Assembly (NCBI GenBank): GCA_004764695.1
Contig: SMSO01000036.1
Span: forward strand, 744,001 to 808,000
Length of the DNA: 64,000 nucleotides
Source: Schizochytrium sp. TIO01
Taxonomy: Eukaryota > Protista > Bigyra: Labyrinthulomycetes
Direction of reading: 5' to 3'
Within the stretch, counting starts at the first letter, position 1; each line of letters starts with the position of its first letter. Positions 1-9,765 of this stretch are shown here, piece by piece. The translations under genes and the position numbers were made by a program. The notes below the pieces were generated by a model. It was not told the DNA's origin. It made no database searches and was given only the letters and a program-made list of their open reading frames with translations.

Positions 1-1377
1 TCGAGCTCTTCCTCTACAAAGGGATTTCTCGACGTCAAACGAGATACCAGCCGTCTCAAGAGCTCTTTCCGTAAACCCAGCAGTGGTGTTCGTATGGAGC
101 GTAGTCTCAAGATCGCCGAAGACTTCTGCGACCCTTCTGTTCGTCAGGTGACAGGTTACTTCCGCCTGCCAGAGGCCAACAAACACTACTTCTTCTGGTT
201 CTTCGAAAGTCGCAACGACCCTGCTAACGACCCAGTGATCCTCTGGCTTACTGGTGGTCCAGGGTGCTCTTCTTCGCTCGCTCTTCTTGTAGAAAATGGT
301 CCCTGCAAGGTCAACAGTGATGGAACAGGCACCGTCATCAACCCTTACTCTTGGAACGCAAACGCATCTGTCATCTTCGTCGACAGCCCTCCTGGCACTG
401 GCTGGTCGTATGGCACCCCAGACTTTTCTGAGAAAAAAGTGGGTCAGGATCTCAATCTATTCTTGCGTGAGTTCTTTGAGAAGTACAGCAGCTTTGCTGA
501 CCGTGACTTTTACATCTTCGCGGAGAGCTATGGTGGAAAGTGGGCTCCGCACACAGCATCTGCGGTGAACGATGCAAACAAGGTCCTCAGCGCTGGTGAG
601 AAGCCCATTAACCTGAAGGGTGTTGGCATTGGCAATGGTCTTACCAACCCGGAGGAGCAGGTCCGCTGGTACGCCGATATGGCGTATAACAGTGGCACCG
701 CCCCGTCTCGTATTGGTAAGACTGAGTACACTTTGTTAAAGAATGTAGCAACCCCTGTGGCATATGCTGCTACCAAAGCGTGCAACACCATTGGAACCTT
801 CCCTATATGCCAAGCTGCCCAAGAAGCTTGGACAATGGGTCTGATGCTTCCTTTTGCTGCCACTGGATACAACCACTATGACATGCGCATTAAGTGTGAG
901 GTGCCAGGTTTGTGCTACAATTTTACCTCTGTCTCGGACTTTCTCAATCGCGAAGATGTGCAGGAGGCTTTGGGTGTTGATAAAGCTTGGACAGAATGTG
1001 ATCGCACTACTGCACTAGAGTTTGCTGGCCAAGAAATGCGTAATGTGGACTACTTAATCCCGCAGCTCTTAGAGGATGGCATTAATGTTATGCTTTACGC
1101 TGGTGACTGTGACTACATCTGCAATTGGATTGGCAACAAAGCCTGGGCTGTTAAAATGGAATGGCCTGGTCGTGACAACTTTGCAAATGCTGTAGATAAC
1201 GACTACATGTTTGAGGGAAAGTCTGTTGGCAAGATCCGTTCTTACCGCGCGGCTGATGGTCAGGGCGCATTTAGCTTCCTTCAAATTCATGAAGCAGGCC
1301 ACATGGTGCCCCTCGATCAGCCTGAGGTAGCACTGCACATGGTGCGCGAATTCACTCTTCCCGCAAACAGCAAGTAA
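1..1377 (+). CDS. Serine carboxypeptidase, peptidase family S10 (CPY/CBP1-like); 5'-partial, frame is open from base 1
   Basis: YFFWFFESRNDP, WLTGGPGCSS, nucleophile motif AESYGG, GNGLT, GDCDYICNWIG (catalytic Asp), AGHMVP (catalytic His). No stop between 1 and the ATG at 94, so the true start and signal peptide probably lie upstream of the window. Confidence 0.95.
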   Translation, partial: SSSSSTKGFLDVKRDTSRLKSSFRKPSSGVRMERSLKIAEDFCDPSVRQVTGYFRLPEANKHYFFWFFESRNDPANDPVILWLTGGPGCSSSLALLVENGPCKVNSDGTGTVINPYSWNANASVIFVDSPPGTGWSYGTPDFSEKKVGQDLNLFLREFFEKYSSFADRDFYIFAESYGGKWAPHTASAVNDANKVLSAGEKPINLKGVGIGNGLTNPEEQVRWYADMAYNSGTAPSRIGKTEYTLLKNVATPVAYAATKACNTIGTFPICQAAQEAWTMGLMLPFAATGYNHYDMRIKCEVPGLCYNFTSVSDFLNREDVQEALGVDKAWTECDRTTALEFAGQEMRNVDYLIPQLLEDGINVMLYAGDCDYICNWIGNKAWAVKMEWPGRDNFANAVDNDYMFEGKSVGKIRSYRAADGQGAFSFLQIHEAGHMVPLDQPEVALHMVREFTLPANSK

Positions 1378-1752
1378 ACAGAATCAGGTTCAGTCTTAGT
1401 TGTAAAACATACATGCTATCCTAGTTCCCGTGAGCTGGTGCCATTTACGCCAACTGCCAAGAGCTCATATCCCACTTTTCTTCTTTACAAATCATTTTCT
1501 AGTGTTGTGCTTGATACGCATGCTTGCAGGCATTTTGCCAGGACAGATTAACATATAATCATCATTTCCTCTTTGTTTCCTTTCCCCGTTCCCCTTCCGA
1601 AGGTCTTCCCGGTCTCCTTTTTAGGGAGGCATAGTAGAAAGAAAATAGAAATAAGTTACTTATATCTATCTACGTTCTTTATGACATTATCATTTTGGTT
1701 CTTGTTCTGTAATAATTCAGGCTCTGTGATTTGCGGATTTGTTTTTGGGTAC

Positions 1753-1810
1753 TGCTACTACTAGTAGTATTACTACTACTATTACTACTACTACTACTAC
1801 AGTAGTATAA
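1753..1810. repeat. (CTA/TAG)n trinucleotide microsatellite, imperfect
   Basis: actgctactactagtagtattactactactattactactactactactac. Confidence 0.8.
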
Positions 1811-1980
1811 TATAGCGACCTATCAGTAGTAACTACGTAAAAATGGGGAAAAAAATTTAACGTGAAGGCAGGGTATCTACTGATGATCGACTTTAAAAAA
1901 TAAAATCAGAACAATGTCAAAAGACTAAGAGAAGCTTTGCTGATGCCAAACAAAGCTCGATTCTTGGGCGTTCAACGATA

Positions 1981-3400
1981 ATGTCCGAATCCAATGATGC
2001 TCGGAATGCCCATAGACCTCCGTGGAGATCTCCTGCTCGAACTCCGCTGCTCGTGTTGAGTCTTTTGTGCATTTTGGCGATTGTAGCAACACAAACTCTA
2101 ACCATGGATGGCCAGTGCTTTAGCGACACTTGGAGAACCTTTGCAGAGCGAGTCTGCAATTCATTTGAACGTGCAAAAGATTATTAATACCTTAGACACA
2201 ATTGACGCGACATGCAAAGAAACCTCAAAGATCTCTGAAGTTGACCAAGACCCGTGTTATTCTCCGGCGTTGCGGACAGAGATTCGTCGCTGCAATTGCA
2301 GGTCTTCTATGCTCGAGGCTAACTCGGTGACCTACATGATTGATGTGAAAACTCCGCAGTTCTCGAGTGTTGAGCGCGTTAGTCTTGATGAAGAGACGAT
2401 CGCAAACCGTTTGATGATTTCCTTTATTCACATCAACAAGGCTGGAGGATCCACAATTAAAAAGGATGTTATCTTCCCTTCTTTAGCTGAGCATAAATGG
2501 GACGGAGCAGGACTTGGCACCTTTAGAGGCTGGCAGAGCTTGGGAAATCCGTGGAACTCAAGACGTTCTCTTTCTTATATGAACAGCATAAATGCATCCG
2601 CAGGAGATGAGAAGGGGATGACTATTGAAGAACAGGGTCTTGGAGGAAGGCGTTCTCTTGTTAGTGGCCATGATACCTCTGGATTTGGAGGAAATGAGTT
2701 CTTCGGCGACGGCGGGTCAGAGCCTTTGTACATTCGATGCGGAAAACTACAACCAAACCCGAAGAATTCGTTTGAAGCGGAGAATCGCGAAAGCGGTTGC
2801 CCATTGCGCGCAATCTGGGGCAGTATGACAATGGGACTCTGCGACCATTTCCCCGGACGTCCCTGTTCGTACCTAGTGATCCTGAGAGATCCCTTAGAGC
2901 GAGCTATCAGTAACTATAATTATGTCTGCATCCAGGGCGCAGAAGGGCGTAAGAAATGGAGACCAGATTGGCGTAAGCAAGGTTTTTGCCCATTGGACAT
3001 TCGCGAGTTCTTCGAGGTGGGTCTTGGCGAACCCAACTTTCTACTTTGGCGACTAACACGTGGTTGTGACACGGGGTGTGGAGCTCAGGCTGCCATTAAA
3101 AACCTTGCACATCCATGCACACGATTTCTTCTTCTCGAAGAGCTTCAAGATGGTTTGCTTCATCTCGAGCAAGAACTTGGTTCTGCCTATGGTACAGCCC
3201 TTCGCACAGTTCGTGAGACCCATGCTACTGCAAATGCAGCAAAATATGGAGCTCGTATTGAAACGCAGCTGGCAAATGAGACACTAATGGAATACCTTCG
3301 CGAGCGTCTCAAAGATGACATCATAATTTATGAAGCTGCGAAGAAACTCTATAAGGAGCAGTGGAACCAGCCATTGCAATCCTGTAACTCTTTCATGTAA
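1981..3400 (+). CDS. Type II membrane (Golgi-type) sulfotransferase-like protein, split by a 1-nt frameshift near 2175-2178
   Basis: 5'-PSB-like motif FIHINKAGGSTIK and 3'-PB-like motif LVILRDPLERAISNYNY in ORF 2108..3400. Overlapping ORF 1981..2187 supplies a short N-tail and TM anchor (LLVLSLLCILAIVATQTL). Removing one A from AAAA at 2175-2178 fuses them (..ERAKIINTLD..). Confidence 0.75.
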
Positions 3401-3725
3401 CTAAAGAATCACCCTATTTGACTTCTGTTTTCCCACAGTAGTTTCATAAGCAAAACCAAAAGGTCTTTCACCATTATATTTTGATTTTGAAGTGAGCGAA
3501 GTGCTTTAGGATCGGTAAACCAGAAAATAGTACTAGTAACTTTTATCAAAGGAAATATTCAGAATCGACAAGGAGAGGCGCGCATGGTTGGTTGCAAGGC
3601 ACAGAGGATCAGGTCTCATTGAAGTTGCTATGATGGAAGTGAGTAGATTGGAGCTACGATCCGTTGACTTGATGGAAGTTGATGCACACAAATTTAGAGT
3701 CGTGGCGTAATAGTGTTTGTTTTAT

Positions 3726-5372
3726 TTAGTTCTTCTTTTTGTTTTTCTTCTTGTTATTCTTCTTCTTCTTTGCAGATCCGGGTGCTTTCGAGGCGGCGTC
3801 CATGCTGTCACCAGATGCACCAGCTGTGTTGTTGTTCATCGCTGCAGAGAGGATGCTGGGTCCAGTTTGGTTTCCACGTTGCACAAGACGAGACCTGAAG
3901 ATCTTCTCAACATCGCCTTCCTCTTCAATATCCCACAACGCAAGGGGTCCCTGTCCTGCCGCAGCGAGCATGTACGGCGTATCCGGGTCAAACGCAACGT
4001 CAAAGAGCGGTCCTACGCTCATGGTCTTCTGGCCGATGCATCGTGGTGCTGGCAAGGACTCAAGGTCCCAGAGTTTAACGGACTTGTCCACGGAGCAAGT
4101 GGCCAGCAGGCCCCTGGCCAATGGACTTACGGAGAGCGAGGAGCATGGCTTGCGTGCATGAGCCTGGAAAGTGTACAGAGGGCCGGCGCCTGCGTTGCGG
4201 ACGTCAAAGCAGGTAACTTTTCCGTCTTCGGTGGAGGCGAGGACCTGCTCGGGGCGGTGAGTGTTCCAGATGCAGCTCTCAACGTCGGCGGTGAGTTTCA
4301 TAGAGAGGACCTGCGCGGAGGGACCTGCGTTAGCGTCAAAGACCGCAATGCTCTGGTCGAATGAGCCTGAAAGCAGTACACTGGACTCAACAGGGTTCCA
4401 CGCCACAGATTGGACCTTATCCTTGTGGTGCGTAAAGGTGTGAACACAGGCGTTCTTGCTCATGTCCCAAAGTTTCACGGTCTTGTCCGCCGACGAACTT
4501 GCCAACAGGTTAGGGTGCACACGGTTCCAGTCGAGGCCCATCACGGCATCAGTATGGACAGCACCAGAGGTTGGCGTACCACGGCCCTCTTCGCCCTCAC
4601 GCTTACCAAGCTCCAAAGTTGGCTCGAGGGCATCGATAACATCCAAGTTCCATACCTCAATCACGGGCTTGAAAGTACCCACGCCGATCATGTTGCGCGA
4701 GCCGTTTGAGATGGCATTGCCAAATACCTCAGAACCCGCTCCGATCCATGTTGTCACAAGGGGGAAAGCAGGCATCGGGATATCATGGTGAACGTACATG
4801 CTACCGTCTTCCTCGTCATACAGATAGACCTCCAAGTTGCTGTATTCCTCGTCTGTGTTGGCGACGACAACCACGCGATCTGTTGGCTTGATCATGAGGT
4901 CCTCCGCCTCCTCTTCGTCGTCATCATCGTCGTCATCATTTGCAAAAGCAGGTGGCTTGGCTTTATCCTCGCCATCATCCTCATCCTCATCGTCCTCGTC
5001 TTCGCTCATGTCTTCTAAGCCTTCGATGTCAACATCATCGTTGTCATCGTCCTCGTCTTCGTCGTCCTCCTTGGCAGCCTTACCAACCGCGTCCTCCATG
5101 TGCGCCGCTGCGTGTCCATCTTCGTCCTCCTCGTCGTCATCGGCGGCCCAGTTCAGAGCGTCGTCCTCCTCGCCATAGTCATCCATGCGGAGCTCCGCGG
5201 GGAGGCCATAGCGGTCCTTGCTCTGGTCACCCATGGCAGCATCCTCTCCTCCAGAGCCAGCTTCTGCAGCCTGTGCCCTGCGAATAGCTTCCAGCTCCTC
5301 GGCAGATAGTTCGTACCGGTCAGGCTTGGCCTTTGCCGCACCGCGTGGCACCCAGCTAATGGACGAGATCAT
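3726..5372 (-). CDS. PWP1: Periodic tryptophan protein 1 (WD40, ribosome biogenesis)
   Basis: N-terminus MISSISWVPRGAAK, acidic tract, SNLEVYLYDE..MYVHHDIPMPAFPL, IEVWNLDVIDALEPTLELG, HTDAVMGLDWN, WD40 repeats, Lys-rich C-terminal tail. Confidence 0.93.
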   Translation of the reverse strand: MISSISWVPRGAAKAKPDRYELSAEELEAIRRAQAAEAGSGGEDAAMGDQSKDRYGLPAELRMDDYGEEDDALNWAADDDEEDEDGHAAAHMEDAVGKAAKEDDEDEDDDNDDVDIEGLEDMSEDEDDEDEDDGEDKAKPPAFANDDDDDDDEEEAEDLMIKPTDRVVVVANTDEEYSNLEVYLYDEEDGSMYVHHDIPMPAFPLVTTWIGAGSEVFGNAISNGSRNMIGVGTFKPVIEVWNLDVIDALEPTLELGKREGEEGRGTPTSGAVHTDAVMGLDWNRVHPNLLASSSADKTVKLWDMSKNACVHTFTHHKDKVQSVAWNPVESSVLLSGSFDQSIAVFDANAGPSAQVLSMKLTADVESCIWNTHRPEQVLASTEDGKVTCFDVRNAGAGPLYTFQAHARKPCSSLSVSPLARGLLATCSVDKSVKLWDLESLPAPRCIGQKTMSVGPLFDVAFDPDTPYMLAAAGQGPLALWDIEEEGDVEKIFRSRLVQRGNQTGPSILSAAMNNNTAGASGDSMDAASKAPGSAKKKKNNKKKNKKKN

Positions 5373-6198
5373 CGTATAGGAAAGAAAATGTCTATGGTTC
5401 TGCTATCCTTGTCAGAGAGACGCAATTGGACTGATTGGTACAGTCGCTGTGATTAGTGCTATATATTCGGTTGACGCAACGAATGCGATAAAACCAACGT
5501 GCTGAGGTTGATCTCCAGAAGTTAAGACCTCGGGATGAAGACGGACTCCTGTGTCCTTGTAGCTCCTAAATCTGTGCGGGCAACCAGGGTCGGCTGCTGC
5601 AAGGGAGATCGGCGGCTGCTCTAGGGCAGAGCGAGGACCTCAACTCCCTGTTGGTCCTTCCTTCGAGTGGTGGTGAGGTTTGGTGATCTCCGCGGCGCTT
5701 CACGAGGCCAAGGAGGCTTGCCGCTCGCAGCCAGCCAAGTACTCCGCCTCAATGGGATTGGGTATTAGTATGCTAAATTTATGAGCTACAACTAGTGGTA
5801 GTTCATCAGGTCAATAATAGACTAGCATATGAGATAGGAAGCACAACTAACACTGGTGGTCATAGTATAGTCACTGCATATTATGTGGTCACTATTTCGC
5901 TCTTGATGAAGGAAAATATGGGAGATGAAATGAAAGGCAACAAAACTAGCTAAGAACAAGACTTGGTTAAAGTTGGAGAGATTTATGAAATAGAGGAGAC
6001 GCACCGCCGCGATCTCTGATCGACAGATTCTGTTTAGACAGCGAATTCTAAAGGAAGTGTGGAAACGTCGTTAATGTGAAGATGACGCCACCAGCAATGC
6101 TTGACTTTGCCTAGCTCAGAAAGCGTCAGAACTTATGCAGCCTCCAAATGGTACGTATTGTGTATTCTATATAAATGATATATTATTTTGGAGGTTAG

Positions 6199-6468
6199 GT
6201 AAGAAAATGGCACAGCCAAGGAACCACCAAGCTCCGAACACTACAAATGAAGCAAGTGACGATGTTGAGCCCATCTATGGCTGCGGTTTGCTCCAGCGGC
6301 GGCGAGCAGCACAGCACTGATCGTACCATTGTCTACGCCAGAGCGTCCTCCGTCAAACAAAGCGAGAATTTTGCTGATCTCCAGTGTGCCTATCCAGACG
6401 CCTTCGCCATTTACAAAGACATCGGTAGAGGGGCCAGCATCAACAAACCGGTCTTACGCGCCCTGCTG
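6199..6468 (+). pseudogene. IS607 TnpA serine recombinase fragment (MerR-like HTH remnant plus catalytic N-terminal region)
   Basis: Frame 1: VRKWHSQG (6199) in frame with IVYARASSVKQ (6328; serine-recombinase YARVSS..Q) and KDIGRGASINKPVLRALL (D.GSG.N..R..L..LL). Truncated after LRALL. Confidence 0.75.
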
Positions 6469-6472
6469 CACT

Positions 6473-6856
6473 ACCGAGATTCGCCACAAACTTTCAGTTT
6501 GGCTCTGTGAAAATTACCGTATTATCCTTTTGCCTAAATCTGAAACCTTGACAAATAATCAAGAAGGATAAAAATCAAGACAGCTCGAATAATGTTGGCT
6601 TCCGGGAAGTGTCCATTTACAAAGCCGAGCTTCTCCTGTCAGTAGTGTAAACTAGTTACTTGCCGAGATCATCGCACTTCAAAACCATGCAGTAATGTGG
6701 TAACATCAACAACAAGCTCGGAACATCCAAGGTTTTCAAAAGCCCCCCTCCCCAAAAAATGAAAATAAAAATAATAGATATAAACACGTAGCCGATTGCG
6801 ATGCCCATGTCGCCAGAGGCATCCTTTTGCGCTACCTATCCAAGGACATGATCTAA
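6473..6856 (+). pseudogene. TnpB/Fanzor2 C-terminal half (RuvC-II region, zinc finger, RuvC-III), frameshifted
   Basis: TEIRHKLSVWLCENYRIILLPKSET (6473); RRIKIKTARIMLA (6562-6600); YKAEL; CKLVTCRDHRTSKPCSN / CGNINNKLGTSKVFKSP; VADCDAHVARGILLRYLSKDMI* (6788-6856, matches DRD.N.ARNILLRYL). Confidence 0.8.
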
Positions 6857-7989
6857 GAGTTGTCTTTGAGTCACGGGTGAGTTTTAACCCGAGATTGGGT
6901 CTTAACCCCACGTCACCATAGGAAATGCAAGTTTTGCAAATTTAATAGGTTAAATTTTAGATGTACTTTGTTTTGTCCTCCCCATGATTATGTTCTTTCT
7001 TTTAGTCTTAGGATTTCCGTTCTCTATGAACAATTGCTGGTTACAAAGAGTAGTCTGCCTAACTATAAAAATTCATTGTACAGTACAACCAATAGATCTC
7101 TGGCTGGTCAATCAAATTGCTTTGTGAATATGCAGCAGCATGTCGGCGCTTCCTGCACATATACTAGAATTTTATATATAGCGTAATCAAATAGCCCCAG
7201 ATCAAGCAATCTTGTCGTTGCCAGTGAACATTCTTAAGCAAACTCTGAAACTAGGTGCACTTACTCACTCAAGTTGCTCACGGCTATCCAATCGCACGAT
7301 GCGCATCAAGGTATTTCCATGACATTCATATTCTTTCTTTCCGATCAATCATATCGTTGCACATAACCAACTACAGATGACCCGTGGTCCTTGTGTTGTG
7401 AAAGGGTAATTTTTGCACTTCTTGCGCGAATGCTTCATTGCACTGCAAAAAACGCTAAGCTCTTGCTTGCACACGATGCCGATGCTCTTCTCCTCTTCCT
7501 TGCCATAGTCGCAGTAGGCACTAGGAACTAGTAAACTATTTTGAGTGATGACTTGAGTTTCTACTCCAAAAGAAAATCAAATGATTTAGTGGAGTGGCCT
7601 CTAACGAGAGTAGTAGCTTTAGCTTAGTATATTAAAGTTCTATAGAGTTTACGTTTCAAGTACACAGTAAGTATGTACCTATATATCAGGAACTCGGTGT
7701 GGTCTTCCTCGAGAACCAGCCAATCTCAGTTCCAAGGTCCACTTCCATGCTAGCATATTATATAGTGTATACGCTATACAAGCGTGAGGGAAAAGGAGAA
7801 AAAGAGGCAGCAGTGGGGACACCTGAGGAGAGTCAAAAATTATTTCCATTGGACATGAGAGCAGAGGTTGTGGTTGGAGACTTTTTTAACAAACGGGTAG
7901 GAAGGGGCAGAAATAAATATCTAGCCCGTGCTGCAGCTGATATAGAATCACTACTCTATGTAGGGATATGTCCAATGCTGGTGAATTAC

Positions 7990-8330
7990 TCACGTTGGAA
8001 TTAAGCAGTAAATATCGATGTAGTTTGTGGTCCACGGGGCATCCAAATATTTTATTTCATGGAGCAACCGAAATTAATTGTACAAAGATTTGTAGTGTAT
8101 TGCTCTGAAAATTAATTGCTGCTCTTTGCTCTTGACTTCACACATTCTGGACATTCTTCCGCGTCCGATTTCGTGATCGAATCTCATATCTTAATCTCTT
8201 CTCTATGCTAATTCTTTTACAAACTTTCATCAATTATTTCTGCCAGTAGGTTTTTACATTCTATGTATTTCTTGATTTGTACCTCACATTTGCGATGCCT
8301 CCACTAGACTATAGATTATGTGTTCATTAA
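7990..8330 (-). mobile_element. Possible highly decayed retroelement integrase N-terminal (zinc-binding) fragment
   Basis: Minus-strand pieces in the expected order but different frames: KTYWQRIID, AEECPECVKSRAK, LDAPWTTNYIDIY (cf. gypsy YWW..C..C...PW..V..D). Short matches only. Confidence 0.3.
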
Positions 8331-9765
8331 ACTTGCTCAATCCTTTACTCTGTGCACTGTGTTGCCATAGCACCACTAGGTTCTGTTCGCTAAGCCTTCC
8401 CAGAACCGGCTTCTGTTACTGCCACGATGTGTTATGTCAACCCTTAATCCTTGCTTCTTAAGTGATGCTGCTCCATATTTGTCGAGTGTTCATTCTCTTC
8501 TCTCAAGTTGTCAATCCTTCAGAGTTCCATTCATAGGAGGAAATGTGATTTTTCCCTTCCTCTACCTTTCTGATGTTTCAAAGCTTCCTATGCTTTTGCA
8601 TAGGCAGATGTGCACCTGCAACAACCTAAGTAAGTACCTAAGGATAGGTGGTCCCTACTGTTTAATTAAAAATCGCAAAGAATGAAACAAGAACCAGAAT
8701 TACGAAGATAATGTAGGTACTGGAATCGCTCCCAATTCTTTCATCCAACCCAGGCATATGAATGGCCGCCGTTAGACTCATATGTCGGCCTTTCTTTAGT
8801 TTCCCTTAGATGGAGCTACGCTATGCCACCCAATTCAATCACAGACGAAGGAGCATCTCCACAGCGGAATCTGCGCCAAGCGTTCCTTTCTTTCAATACT
8901 ACTGGTAGACTTTCTATTTCACTATTTCATTTCATTTCAAAAAAAGAAAAAGGATTAAAATACCTAGGCCTATTAAGTGCCTACTATGCATTTCTATTGG
9001 CTCTTGCAAAGTAGAAAGAAAGGTAAAATAAATTACCTTGGAGCAATAGTTAGTAAGTAGGTATGTACTTACTAGTAGTAGCGTTGAGAGTACCTAGGTT
9101 CCGTGGTGTTAGTAGGCATTAGGTGGGGCTTAGCGATAGTTCTCATTGGAGGGTTCTGCCTAGAGTGTCCTAGAGGTGACTAGCGCCCCTCTTAGCTCCG
9201 CCATTGACTCGCACAGCCACCCAGACAGGCGCTCAAAAGCGCATTGGCGGCAGAGACCTTTGTTTGTGGGCCTCTTGCTGAAGCTGCGCGGAAGGCCGCG
9301 GCAGACAGGCAGGTGGAGGCAAGCAGAGAAAGGTGCCCTGCTGGTGCTCGATCTCTGAGACACCCTACGAGGTAGGCCAACGACTGGCTTGCTCCAGTTA
9401 ATCTGTCTGGCTGGCGTATAAACCCTGCTCGTCAAAAAACTGCATACATACAAATATTCTTATATCCATACGCAGATTCACCGAGTTGGCTTGAAGTACG
9501 ATCAGGTGATATCAAACAAGGACGGACCCTTGATTTTGGGATCTGTCTCTGATTACTTTGCTAGCTAATTTCCTCGATTTTATCATTCGGTTCGTTGATC
9601 AAATTTGATACAAGGATCGCTTTTCGTTCGAGATCATTCAAATTTAATTCGATCAAAACAACACAAGGCTTTCAATATCTCACTCCCAACAACAGTTTGT
9701 AGTAAACTTTCAAGTCTTTGGGTGAAGCCACATATTTAAAGCTAAAAAGTTTCGTTACGTTCACC

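Larger units (their letters stand above)
6199..6957 (+). mobile_element. Degenerate IS607-type element carrying a TnpB/Fanzor2 remnant (internally deleted, frameshifted)
   Basis: TnpA-like VRKWHSQG..TIVYARASSVKQ..DLQCAYPD..YKDIGRG..LRALL, followed directly by TnpB/Fanzor2-like segments in several frames, ending at TAA 6856, then hairpins. Boundaries approximate. Confidence 0.8.

Noticed and set aside
9718-9765. TTG start extension of midasin (and GTG 36957 for IFT140)
   Set aside because: Eukaryotic context. In-frame ATGs at 9766 and 36969 are more plausible starts.
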